A stretch of 64,000 nucleotides of DNA from positions 124,001 to 188,000 of the forward strand of contig NW_003314321.1 of assembly GCF_000143415.4 (NCBI RefSeq), given 5' to 3'. Of this stretch, positions 50,200 to 61,854 are shown piece after piece. Each line of letters begins with the position of its first letter. Positions within the stretch are counted from its first letter, which is position 1. Source of the DNA: Selaginella moellendorffii. Lineage: Eukaryota; Plantae; Lycopodiophyta. Made by a program: the position numbers and the translations under genes. The notes under the pieces are model-generated. The model did not search any database, had not been told where the DNA came from, and worked only from the letters and a program-made list of their open reading frames with translations.

Positions 50200-52600
50200 A
50201 TTTATTTAGCCTAAAAACCCTAGCTTATACAGTGGTCCAAATTGAAACCAATTTAATAATTATTAAAATCCACTATGTTATTATTAGTATATAGCATTGT
50301 AGCTTTACATCTAGACCTTAGATTATCCCCTCCTTTAGAAAAATTAGAAGGTAGTTAGAGTCTCTTGGTTGATAGGCCAAAATCTTGAGCAACATTAGAA
50401 AGAGGTATTAGTGGATCTATAAATTTACTCCTAATCCTTCTGTATGAAATGTTTAAGCCATTGCACATGCATAACTTTTAGAAGATAGGTTTATTGAATG
50501 TAGTTTCAAGCTTTATAAACTCGTAATCTAACTTACTACAATACTCAATATGATACTTTTTACTAAGCAAGAAGCCCCTTAAATAAACCATATACTATAA
50601 AATTGGGAAAATAAACTAACATTAGATCATCCACTTTGTACTCTATAAATAGATAATGATAAGAGTTATAGTGTAGTTGTTGTCCCACTTATATACAACC
50701 TTAAATGTTCAGTAAACTCTACTTGAACCAGTGGAAGAATACTTGTGAATTATTGATCCCATAACTTAGCATTAATAACTTATGATAATACAAAGCTAAA
50801 CTCAACTCTATTGACAATATCATATTATATCATATAAAAGTTTATATAGTGAAGCATCAACGAAACTCTATACCCCATGACATATATATATTGAAAAGAT
50901 GGCAAATAACCATCTCAATCTGAATGTTGAAAGCTCACATACTTCATGATCATCTTTTTGAATATCTAAACAACTTGGTGCACTAAACCATTTATCTATA
51001 GATGATAAGCACTCATGAAAATATGGCATATCCCAAACCAAGATATCAAAACATAAAATGCCTAAGCCATAAATGCAAAATTATTATCTGAAAGATTCCA
51101 TTGCAAAAAAAAATGCTAAAACACAACTTGATTAAAGAGGAAGTATCTAATAGTAGTCATAAATGCACTAACAAGAGCTCTAACTTCCATTCAACCCATT
51201 AAATAGTTGAAAGCAATGATGATGTATTCATTGTTAATAGTCGACTATGGGAAAAACCCTATCAGATAAAATGTCCTAACTTAAATGGATAAGAAATTAC
51301 AATTGATTACAATTGTCATTTCATAGTATGAGGGGAGTATTACGAGTTTAACACCAAATGTAACTATGTATATGCTAGATAATATTATATCCTGATCTTT
51401 AGCCTATAGAAAAACCTATGTAATTTCTCAATCATACAATAATATTCTATATGCTTACCTAGAATAGGAAGTTATGGTGATCAACCAAGCTCTTCCACTT
51501 CAATAATGAAGTGACCACAATATAATCACCGTATAACAACATCCAAGAACTATATAAGTATACATGAAACTAAACACATTTTTTTTATCATGGACCAATT
51601 AACCTTCACTAGTTGCAATATATGACAGATATATGCAATAGGATGATGCTGATCAATCACACTCATGCTTTTCTATATCAACACATATTTGAGACTAACA
51701 TCAAAAGTATCTATACACAAAATGAAAAATTGAGTGTAGTCAAGATATACTAAAACTAAAAAAGTTATCAACATCTCATTAATATCTATAAATGCCTACT
51801 CGAAAGATGATATGGATGATTTAAAAAATGCTTGCAATGAAGTAATACAATTAGAAAGATAATTAATAAAACAACTAAAATATTGTATTGCACCATATTA
51901 AGGAATCATTGCATATCCTTTACACACTTTGGAATAAAGAATTTTAAATAAACATAAGTTTGTCAAAATCAACTTGCAAATCTTCATAAGAAATGAAATA
52001 CCCAAAATAAATTGTATTTTTGGATACAAACACACATTTTGATTGCTTAAGCTTCAAACCCACTTCCTATAATAAATCCAACACTTTGCAGATATCACAA
52101 ATATACTCTTTCTACATCCCCTTTAAGTGGATCAAACATTATCAATGAAGTTAGTAGTCATTTCTAATATATCACAAAGGATTTTATTCATCTTTTGTTA
52201 GAAAGTTGCTAAAGAATTTTTCAACCTGAATGGCATCACAAAAAACTTGTATGAACTAAATAGTGTATAAATAGCATAATTATGAACATTCTTTTGTCCA
52301 TAAGCAATTATCAACACCTAAAAGCAAAATCCAACTTCGTGAACTAATGACTTTGCCCTAAATAATCTAGAAGATTAACAATGTAAGGAAGAGGTACATA
52401 TTTGAGATTATCATATAATTTAACAAACTATAGTAAATATAGAAATAAATACTCTTATTAAATTTTGTCACAATATGAGGTTCACACACCCAAAGACTCC
52501 AAAATTTTTTGATAACACTTTTCTCCAACATCTTTTAGATATTTTCTTGTAAAATCTTGATCTCTTTTGGCAACTAATGTTGAATAGAAACCTTGAGCTG
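50200..52600 (-). mobile_element. Heavily decayed Ty3/gypsy copy (same family as 57320-59463)
   Basis: 50232-50500 is the reverse complement of the LTR/PPT/INT end at 59130-59400. The distal limit is approximate. Confidence 0.6.
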
Positions 52601-52867
52601 AGCATCCCTAATTAAAATAAGATAACGCATTGTAATCTTGATTGAGCATCCCTAATTAGAATAAGATGATGCATTGTAATCTTAACTTCAAACAACATGT
52701 TAAAGTGGAAAAGATTAACATACTTTTACTTGAGTCAGTCAATTGCCACAACAGAAAAATTATTTGAGGGATCTAGAAAGGGAAAAAAGAAATAATAAAG
52801 AAACATGGTAGGGAGTTGTAGCGCACCTTATCTCTCTCCCCTTAAGCCAACTGGAAAAGGGGCAATT

Positions 52868-53945
52868 GCTTGATGAGAGAGCCCTTAGTGGCTATTTTAT
52901 CCCCCAAAGTTCCAAGGATCCACGGTGACAGTATATCTAAATCTCATCCCATGATCAATCCTTCCATTGTGTAGACCAGCTATTCCATGTGAGGCAACTA
53001 GTCATCCACCCGTACCGCAATCCCACGGTGACAGTATATCCAAATCTCATCCCATGATCAATCCTTCCATTGTGTAGACCAGCTATTCCATGTGAGGCAA
53101 CTAGTCATCCACCCATACCGCAGTCCCACGGTGGATACCTTCGTCCGTGGATACTCCACACAAGAGGATACTCCACACAAGAGGAAGGACGTATGCTTGA
53201 TGAGAGAGCCCTTAGTGGCTATTTTATCCCCCAAAGTTCCAAGGATCCACGGTGACACAACTAGTCATCCACCCGTACCGCAGTCCCACGGTGGATACTT
53301 TCGTCCGTGGATACTCCACACAAGAGGATACTCCACACAAAAGGAAGGACGTATGCTTGATGAGAGAGCCTTTAGTGGCTATTTTATCCCCCAAAGTTCT
53401 AAGGATCCACGGTGACAGTATATCCAAATCTCATCCCATGATCAATCCTTCCATTGTGTAGATTAGCTATTCCATGTGAGGCAACTAGTCATCCACCCGT
53501 ACCGCAGTCCCACGGTGGATACCTTCGTCCGTGGATACTCCACACAAGAGGAAGGACGTATGCTTGATAAGAGAGCCCTTAGTGGCTATTTTATCCCCCA
53601 AAGTTCCAAGGATCCACGGTGACAGTATATCCAAATCTCATCCCATGATCAATCCTTCCATTGTGTAGACTAGCTATTCCATGTGAGGCAACTAGTCATC
53701 CACCCGTACCGCAGTCCCACGGTGGATACCTTCATCCGTGGATACTCCACACAAGAGGAAGGACGTATGCTTGATAAGAGAGCCCTTAGTGGCTATTTTA
53801 TCCCCCAAAGTTCCAAGGATCCACGGTGACAGTATATCCAAATCTCATCCCATGATCAATCCTTCCATTGTGTAGACCAGCTATTCCATGTGAGGCAACT
53901 AGTCATCCACCCGTACCGCAGTCCCACGGTGGATACCTTCGTCCG
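52868..53945. repeat. Tandem array of an about 200-bp unit (part LTR-derived), about 5.5 copies, with one more at 55495-55686
   Basis: Near-identical gcccttagtggctattttatcccccaaagttccaaggatccacggtgacag... units. Confidence 0.93.
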
Positions 53946-53947
53946 AA

Positions 53948-54181
53948 TGTTATGATCCGGCGCAAAAAGACAAAGATCTCGTTGCCCTAGACTATGCTAC
54001 GCCACCTCTTGAGGTTCCTCACCACCCAACCACCCCCGAGCTACCTCAAAAGCTCCACTGCGCCGCCGCTCCACTGTGAGCCCTAGGGTAGGTTTTAGTC
54101 CCTTACCCTAACATGCCTTAATATACCCTTGAGCCTCCCTTTGACCGACGTTGACCACGTAGTCAAAGCTGGCGCCTAACA
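53948..54181 (-). mobile_element. 3' LTR of a second gypsy family, adjacent to its PPT
   Basis: TGTTA...TAACA ends. PPT (gggggggaagaa on the minus strand) at about 54183-54194. Confidence 0.8.
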
Positions 54182-54255
54182 ATTCTTCCCCCCCAACAAA
54201 GTCCTTGTCCCAAGGACGAGTTGTACCGGTGATCACCCTTTCTGGGGAATCCTGC

Positions 54256-55488
54256 TCAAGCTCCTGGTCCATCTTCCACAGCCGTATACATCAAGGAGGC
54301 ATTGGGCCCGTCACTCCAAGATAGTACACCTTTCAACTGGCTGACATAAAATACCGGATGAATTTTCACCCCAGCTGGCAGCCGCACCCGATAAGCCGCT
54401 TTACCAATGCGCTCCAGCACTTCATATGGACCAGCATATCGATGGGAGAGTTTATCACTCTTCCCTATCCGTAAAGGCACCAAGGTGTTCCGCCGCTCAC
54501 TTGACGGAAAGATCACTCGCACGAAGACGAGATCACCCACCTTATATTCCCGGAATTGGCGATGCTCATTAGCAAACTTCTCCGCTCTATCCTGAGCTGC
54601 TTGCAAATTCCGTTTGCATACCACCAGAATCTCATCAAGTTCTGTGGCCAGATCAGTTGCCTCGGAATCAAGCTTTTCTTGAACGTCCTTACTCAAATGC
54701 AATCCCAACTCCACTGCTGTTCGAGGATGCCTTCCAAACATCGCAAAGTAAGGACTTAGCTTGGTTCCACTGTGTTGGCTATTGTTGTAAGCAAATTGCA
54801 CCAACGGAAGATATAGATCCCACTGTCCTTGCTTTTGACCAATGCTACAACGTAGCATATCCTCCACCACCTGATTCACACGCTCAGTTTGCCCATCCGT
54901 TTGAGGATGATCTCCACTCGAGAGTTTCAAAGTCACTTGCATAGCCTTTGCAAAGCTTTTCCAAAATCCACTGGTGAACTTTGAATCTCGATCACTAATG
55001 ATGTCCTCCGGCAAACCAAAATCAGGAAAAACCTTCTCCAAGTAAACCGCAGCCAAGTCTGAGGCAGTGACAGTCTTCCGAAGAGCCAACAACCGCACAT
55101 ACTTCGTCAACCGATCTACTATGACCCATACTTGCTCCTTTTGCCTCTGTGTTCGTGGCAAACAAGTGATGAAGTCCATAGAGATACTACACCAACGGCT
55201 CTGAGGAATAGGTAAAGGTTGCAAAAGTCCCCCCGGCTTCTCCCGTGGCACCTTAACCCGCTGACAAAGCTCGCATGATTTACAATACTTGAGGATATCA
55301 GCCTTCATATTCCTCCAATAAAAGTTGCGCTTAGTCAACTCATATGTCTTCTTCCCCCCAAAATGACCGGCCTCTGGACGATCATGATAGTGGAATAAAA
55401 CTTGAGTAATTAACGCATCCACCCGTGGCAAATAGACACGGCCATTGTAGTAGAGAATCCCATCCACCAATGAGAAAGGAGCTTCCAT
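54256..55488 (-). CDS. Ty3/gypsy integrase (5'-truncated pol fragment)
   Basis: HHCC (YHD...GHFG...CELC), ISMDFIT, IISDRD, QTDGQTERVNQ and GPY motif; open for 410 aa. Confidence 0.93.
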   Translation of the reverse strand: MEAPFSLVDGILYYNGRVYLPRVDALITQVLFHYHDRPEAGHFGGKKTYELTKRNFYWRNMKADILKYCKSCELCQRVKVPREKPGGLLQPLPIPQSRWCSISMDFITCLPRTQRQKEQVWVIVDRLTKYVRLLALRKTVTASDLAAVYLEKVFPDFGLPEDIISDRDSKFTSGFWKSFAKAMQVTLKLSSGDHPQTDGQTERVNQVVEDMLRCSIGQKQGQWDLYLPLVQFAYNNSQHSGTKLSPYFAMFGRHPRTAVELGLHLSKDVQEKLDSEATDLATELDEILVVCKRNLQAAQDRAEKFANEHRQFREYKVGDLVFVRVIFPSSERRNTLVPLRIGKSDKLSHRYAGPYEVLERIGKAAYRVRLPAGVKIHPVFYVSQLKGVLSWSDGPNASLMYTAVEDGPGA

Positions 55489-57319
55489 CTGGTCTTAGTG
55501 GCTATTTTATCCCCCAAAGTTCCAAGGATCCACGGTGACAGTATATCCAAATCTCATCCCATGATCAATCCTTCCATTGTGTAGACCAGCTATTCCATGT
55601 GAGGCAACTAGTCATCCACCCGTACCGCAGTCCCACGGTGGATACCTTCGTCCGTGGATACTCCACACAAGAGGAAGGACATATGCATGGATGCCTAATA
55701 CGTACGATTTCAAATTTAGGGGTAGGAATATACCTTGCTCAAAGGTATATTATATTTTAAGTAGCCACTAATCAATGGGAATCGAACCCGTGCCATTTGC
55801 TCTGATACCAACTGTAGCGCACCTTATCTCTCTCCCCTTAAGCCAACTGGAAAAGGGGCAATTGCTTGATGAGAGAGCCCTTAGTGGCTATTTTATCCCC
55901 ATTTATCCCCCAAGGTTCCAAGGATCCACGGTGACAGTATATCCAAATCTCATCCCATGATCACATGCGCTACAGGAGTAATGAGAAGACAAAAGTGATA
56001 GATACAAAGATAAAAGAAAATGAACAAAGTGGAATAGAAGTGAGAAAAAAAAGAAGAAATATGGAGGAGGATGAGATAAAAGGGAAAAGCCTCAAAGTCA
56101 CATTTGACATGATTGCACTATAAGCAATCTATATTAAGTATAAGGTCAAAAACTTGACTTAGCACCACCCACAATTATTAAAGCTTAAGCTTGAGATCAC
56201 CTATACATATAACTAAGTTTGCCTTATCATATGTATATATGTATGTGTATAGTTGTTGCCATGAAGAATAAAGTTGGCTTTGCCACATGATGCAAATGTA
56301 ACATGTAAATGTAGTAATAAGTTGAGCAATAGAAAATATACTTGAACTTGGATCAACTAATACAAAGAGGAAGAGGATAATAAAGGATTTCTTGTTATAA
56401 AATTGAGTTTGATAAGTGAACACCAAATGAATTAGTGCTAAGTGAACCTTAATGGTTCCCGAAGGATGGAGGTCACTAAGTTATTCACATAAAATCCCTC
56501 CACTACTCACACAACTTTTTATTTCCTAAAAAAATCTTAGCATCAAGACCTTCCACCACATCAACACCAATAGGATGTTACTAATGCTAAGATCTTCACT
56601 CAAAAAGTGGAAGATGTTAATTCTGGGAAATGCTTATAATGCCAATGTAAACATTTCTAATATTAGTCTTAAAGGTGTGTTGCTATAAGAGAGTATGAGT
56701 GTGCTTGGTTAGCATCATTTTATCGCATACATTACCCATATATTATAATTAGTAAAGTGTAAGTAACCAAAAGAGAATAATTTAAGAGATAATCCAAAAA
56801 AGTTCAAACATAAAAGGAAAAAGCCCATAAACAAAAGTACACTCCCTAACTCCTTGGGTTGTTTTGGTCATTATTAAAGGTAGACTTAACTACCATTTTA
56901 AGGATATATCCTCTTCTGTATTTGACTTTATTGTCTTGAAATCTTTATTGTTCCTGTGATCTCAACTATAGTGGTTTATCACAACTATATTAGTCAATTT
57001 GCTAAGTTAAATGTATATATAAATCATATCCTCAACTTTCTAAGGAAAACCTTTTATTGTTCCTAAAATTTTAAAGTTATTCCCTTATTAACCCTTTTTT
57101 ATCCACCATATTACCCACACATTCATGTATTAACTCAAGTAGAGAGCATGCCCTCTCAACATGCTACTCTTTGAGGATACAACCACTTTTAGGACCTTCT
57201 GATACAAATATCAAGTGGTGATATATTTGACCAGTGGATCATCTTTTTTATCACACTGCACCATTGTGAATATTGCTAAAGTCATCAATATCATCTTTTC
57301 TTTGGTCTTTGGATTATGA

Positions 57320-59463
57320 GCAGGCATTCGTGGATTTCAAAGAGCTATTGACGACTCCTCCGGTTTTAGTATACCCAACTACACTCAACTTTTTATTTTG
57401 TGCATAGATGCTTTTGATATTGGTCTTAGAGGTGTGTTGATACAAGAGAGCTCAAGTGTGCCTAGTCAGCACCATCCCATTGCATATATAAGTTATATAT
57501 TACAACTAGCAGAGGTGAAGTACTCCACAACAGAGGAGTGTTTAGTAGCAATTTGGGTTTCGAGAAACTTCATGCATATTTACATGGTTCTCGAATGTTA
57601 CTTGAAAGTGATCATGCTGCCATTACTTTATTATTGAAGCGAAAGAACCTAGTTGGTCATACTATTCGGTGCGCTTTGAAGCTTCAGATATATAATTTTG
57701 ATATTGTTCATCGCCCTAGGAGTTCTATGGCTGATGCTGATGCCCTTTCTTGAGCTCTTCTTCCTTGTCCACTCTCTTTTCATATTTCTGACGAGCTTGT
57801 TGTTCTGGCATCTATGGATTTTCTAAACGAAAATTTTGTGCCGTCGGTGGTTGCTGTACTTGATGTTCAGTGTCCACAAGGTGCAGAACAAGATTTACCT
57901 TCTCTTGACGAGGTTCACGAGGCTCAAAAGCTTGAGCCATGGATTCGAAGGCTTTAAGATAGGTTTGAGAATCCTGCATCACTTGCTAATGACTTGCCAT
58001 TCCGAATTTACATTTTTAATATAGCCTTGAAGATGGCCTTTTTTATTTTGTGGGGATGGATCCTGATAATCCTTTAAGGTTAATGGTGCCTTCCGTCTTT
58101 ATTCTACGGTTTCTCTATACCTACCATGATTCTCCTATTCTAGATGGGCATATGGGACATCGTCGTGTGATCGAGAAGCTGCATAGGTCTTTCTATTGGC
58201 CGGAGATGCAATGTGATGTTATCTGGTATGTGCGTAACTGCGTTTGGTGCCAAGCTCGTAATACTCCCCATTGTGTTGCGGAAGGACGGTTAGAGTCAAT
58301 TGCAGTTTCTCGTCCATTTGAGTTGGTGGCATTTGATCTTATGGGACCTTTACCATGGTCGACTGTTGACAATGAGTATGTTGTTATTGCTTTTGACTAC
58401 TTGACTCATTGGGTGGAAGTTGATGCTCTTACTAGTGCCTTTGCAACTACTGTTGGATACTTCCTCCTCAATCAAGTGGTGTTCTAGCATTCTTGTCTAA
58501 AGTGAATTCTTTCAGATAATGGTCCCGCATTTATGGTTGAGGTATTTCATATTTTGATATCTCGGTTGGGGATACGCTACACGTTTATGAGTGCTTATCA
58601 TCCACAATCAAACGGTCTAGTGGAACGATTTGTTCAGATGTTCAAAGGGATGATCATGAAGTATATGAACTTTCAGCATTCAGATTGGGATGGTTATTTG
58701 CCATCTCTTTGGTATGCATATATCACAGGGGTGCAGAGTTCTATTGATGCTTCACCATATAAACTCTTATATGGTCATAATCCAATATTACCAATAGAGC
58801 TGGGTTTACCTTCGCGATTGTCATGAGCTGCTGATGCTAGGTCTTGGAATTAGTATTTAACAAGCATTCTTCCACTTGTCCGAGTAGAGTCTACTGAACA
58901 CTTAAGTTGTGTACAAGTGGGACAACAATGGCACTATAACTCCCATCATCGTCCACTTGCGAAGTACAAAGTGGATGACTTGGTGTTAGTCTATTTTGCC
59001 CATCTTACGGTACGTGGTTCATCTAAAGGGCTCCTTGTTAAGTGGAAGGACCATATCAAGTGTTGCGGTAAATTGGACCACAAGTTTATGAGGTTCAATA
59101 TGACATCTAGTAGGCCAATCCTCTAGAGATTGTGTATGTGCAGTAGTTGAAATGCTTCATACCAAGGGATCAAAAGCAGTTAATACCACCTATAGATCCA
59201 CTGATTCCTCCTCCTAATGTTCCTCATGATCCCGGCCTCTTTACAAGAGAACCCAAATGGTCTTCCATTATTCTGAGAAGAGGGGATGATGTGAGGGCCA
59301 AGTATACGGCTACGATGCTGTATACTAATATTAGCGTAGTGGGATTTTGGTAGTTGTTGGATTGATTTTAATCTGGACCACTCACTTGTATATAAGCCAG
59401 GGTTTTTATGCTAATTGATATGCACATTTTCTGTATTCCTTTTCCATATTCCATGCACTCACA
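57320..59463 (+). mobile_element. Decayed Ty3/gypsy RNase H-integrase with PPT and 3' LTR (59290-59463)
   Basis: CIDAFDIGL, ESDHAA, ADADALS, YHDSPILDGHMG, FDLMGP and YHPQSNGLVER. PPT gagaagagggga, then TGTGAG...CTCACA. Confidence 0.88.
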
Positions 59464-59962
59464 ACTACACATGACATAGATAAAGTAATAAATTACTTTG
59501 AAGAAAGATAAATGATAATACTAAAAATATTTACTACTTTAATTATATATTTTCACTTAAAAAATTAACAGTGTTATTTATAACTTTATTAGTACTTTTA
59601 AATGAGTTATAAAATAGGATTAGCTTAAGTTTCATATAAAATTTATTAATAAATTTATTATTTTTCAATAGAAATAAGGAGTTCAAGTTTCTTTCCATTT
59701 AAATCCTACATTTAATGAAAAAAGGCATATTTCTAGTAAGTGCAAAAAATTAATAAATATGAGTTTTTTATACTAAAACTTGAAATAGAATATTATAGAA
59801 AGAAATAACTTTATCAATGTAATAAAATATGAATTAAGGTGCTTTAATATGATAAATTATAGTAAAATCAAACACTATTATTTAATTTGAATGTTTTAAA
59901 TATGTTAAATAAATTTCACATCCTATTCAGACAAATAATTATAAAAATATAAATGAAAGAAA

Positions 59963-60823
59963 TTATAATGAACAAAGAATATGTTTTGCAGTTTTTGAAT
60001 CCCAAACAATATAGTTTGGAAATTTTGTTGCATAAATTACTATATTACAATCATTTTGAACAATAAGAAATACAGGAAAATTACATTTATTACAATACCT
60101 ATTTGTAGCCCATTGAACTTGTGTATTATAGTAAATAACAAAATAACCATCATTTTGAAGTTTCAATGTACAATTAAAAATATTTTCGTTTATAGTTTTG
60201 GATTCCCATATTTTAATTTTTAAAGAAAATAAAACAAGTTTACAATTTGATTGTAGCAATAATATATTTTTACCATTTGAAGAATTTAAAAACATTTCAG
60301 TATATAATATTGCTGGATTAAATAAAGTAGAATATTCAATGTGACATAATGTGTTAAATGAAGTAATACTTTTAGCTAATTCTGGAGAATCAAACTCCGG
60401 ATCATTTCTTAATTTGTAAGTTATTAAATAATGTAAACTCTCTCTAAAAAAATAATCTGAACAATATTCTTGTAATTCTGAAAAAATATTATTATATATA
60501 GTTCTAAAACCTTTTCTTAAAGCATTTCCTGTAATTCCATCTGGACCATCTAAATAACATTGATCTTTAGATTTAATAATTAAATGTACATTTCCTTTAG
60601 AAGTAGATACTAAATCTCCATCTGAGTATGTAGATGGATATGGATCATGAGAACCATCAGTTACAATTTTAAATATTAAAGATCTTAAACTTTGTATTAT
60701 TAAATTAATATCTGCTGGATTTAATACTCCAATTTTTCCAATTGCTGATTTATAACTATTTGATTTTACTAAGAAAAAGAAAATAACAAATATGAAACTA
60801 ATTCTCTTAATCATTATAATCAT
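59963..60823 (-). CDS. Secreted protein: unknown N-terminal domain + C-terminal bulb-type (GNA/B) lectin
   Basis: Intact 286-aa ORF with signal peptide. LLLQSNCKLVL, LQNDGYFVIY and VQNDCNIVIY (QxDxNxVxY), each followed by IWES/QWAT/VWDS. Confidence 0.8.
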   Translation of the reverse strand: MIIMIKRISFIFVIFFFLVKSNSYKSAIGKIGVLNPADINLIIQSLRSLIFKIVTDGSHDPYPSTYSDGDLVSTSKGNVHLIIKSKDQCYLDGPDGITGNALRKGFRTIYNNIFSELQEYCSDYFFRESLHYLITYKLRNDPEFDSPELAKSITSFNTLCHIEYSTLFNPAILYTEMFLNSSNGKNILLLQSNCKLVLFSLKIKIWESKTINENIFNCTLKLQNDGYFVIYYNTQVQWATNRYCNKCNFPVFLIVQNDCNIVIYATKFPNYIVWDSKTAKHILCSL

Positions 60824-61730
60824 GAATAGAGAGAACTAGTTTATATTGTTTATATAAAAATACTTAATGATTAAAACTTATTTAATAATTTTTATTTTTA
60901 AAATCATATATAAAAGAATTATTACATAAAATTGTAGGTCTTTTACTGAGGGAGGTACATGTGGATACTAAGCAGTATTCAATGTTTAATTGGGAATTAT
61001 TTTACAAACTTGTATTATAAAATTTTTTATATATTAATACTTTATTTAAGTTACATTATTATTAATTAGCATGACACATGCTAGATTATTTAATCATTTC
61101 AATAAATTTACTTCACTATGTTTTTCACTTATTCCAACTTTCTAAGGAAATATATTATTGGGAAATATAGATTACATTATAGTGGTAGAGCACACAAGCA
61201 TTCTCTTATGCAAGATTACCTTTCAGTGTAGATAGACTTGATTCTTTGATGTAATTACTTTTGAGTGTTTTGAGTGTTCTACTATTTATTATTCATATCC
61301 AACTCCTAAACTCCTAGTGGGGATTCACTTAAAAAATATACCTTACTCTTATCATATGGGAGGATTGCAATATAGGCAAGCAAACAAAGTTTTTCATAGA
61401 AATTTTATAGAGTAAATTTTTTGGTGTTTATAAGTATGCTATTTATTTATTCATTTCTCTTACTTTGAACTCTTGTTTTGGAAATAACAAAAGCATTTTT
61501 ATCAATAGTGACTGTGCTTTTTATATTCCTGAACGGATAGAAAAGACAAGAAGTGTAATATAAAGAGCTACCAAGTTCTAAGAAGAATAATAACAAATGC
61601 GAGGAAGATCAAGAAGCAGCGTTGCTGTCCCAGTCCAGTATAGAATCGCAGCTAAGGCCTTTGGAGTACCTACAATGTTTGTCAGTGTATAGTTATGATG
61701 CTATATACTAATATTAGCATAGTGGGATCA

Positions 61731-61852
61731 CGACCCCCATGCCCTCCTACTCATCGGGGCCTCGCAATCGCCGCGATGGCCGGGCATAGGCCGCACGCTT
61801 AAGCGCCATCCATTTTCGGGGCTAGTTGATTCAGCAGGTGAGTTGTTACACA
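61731..61852 (-). rRNA. 25S/28S rDNA fragment (about 120 bp, non-functional)
   Basis: The reverse complement contains TGTGTAACAACTCACCTGC-GAATCAACTAGCCCCGAAAATGGATGGCGCTTAAGCG...GATGAGTAGGAGGGC. Confidence 0.9.
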
Positions 61853-61854
61853 TG

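Larger units (their letters stand above)
52817..55974 (-). mobile_element. TRIM-like non-autonomous LTR element with internal tandem array and embedded gypsy integrase fragment
   Basis: TGTAGCGCA...TGCGCTACA ends, 5-bp TSD GGAGT (52812-52816 and 55975-55979), 162-bp LTR at 55813-55974, and tRNA-Met(i) PBS tggtatcagagc on the minus strand at about 55799-55810. Confidence 0.88.

Noticed and set aside
52868-53945. Tandem array as CRISPR or as a Cassandra (5S-containing) element
   Set aside because: Units are near-identical over about 200 bp with no unique spacers, and no 5S rRNA similarity was recognised.
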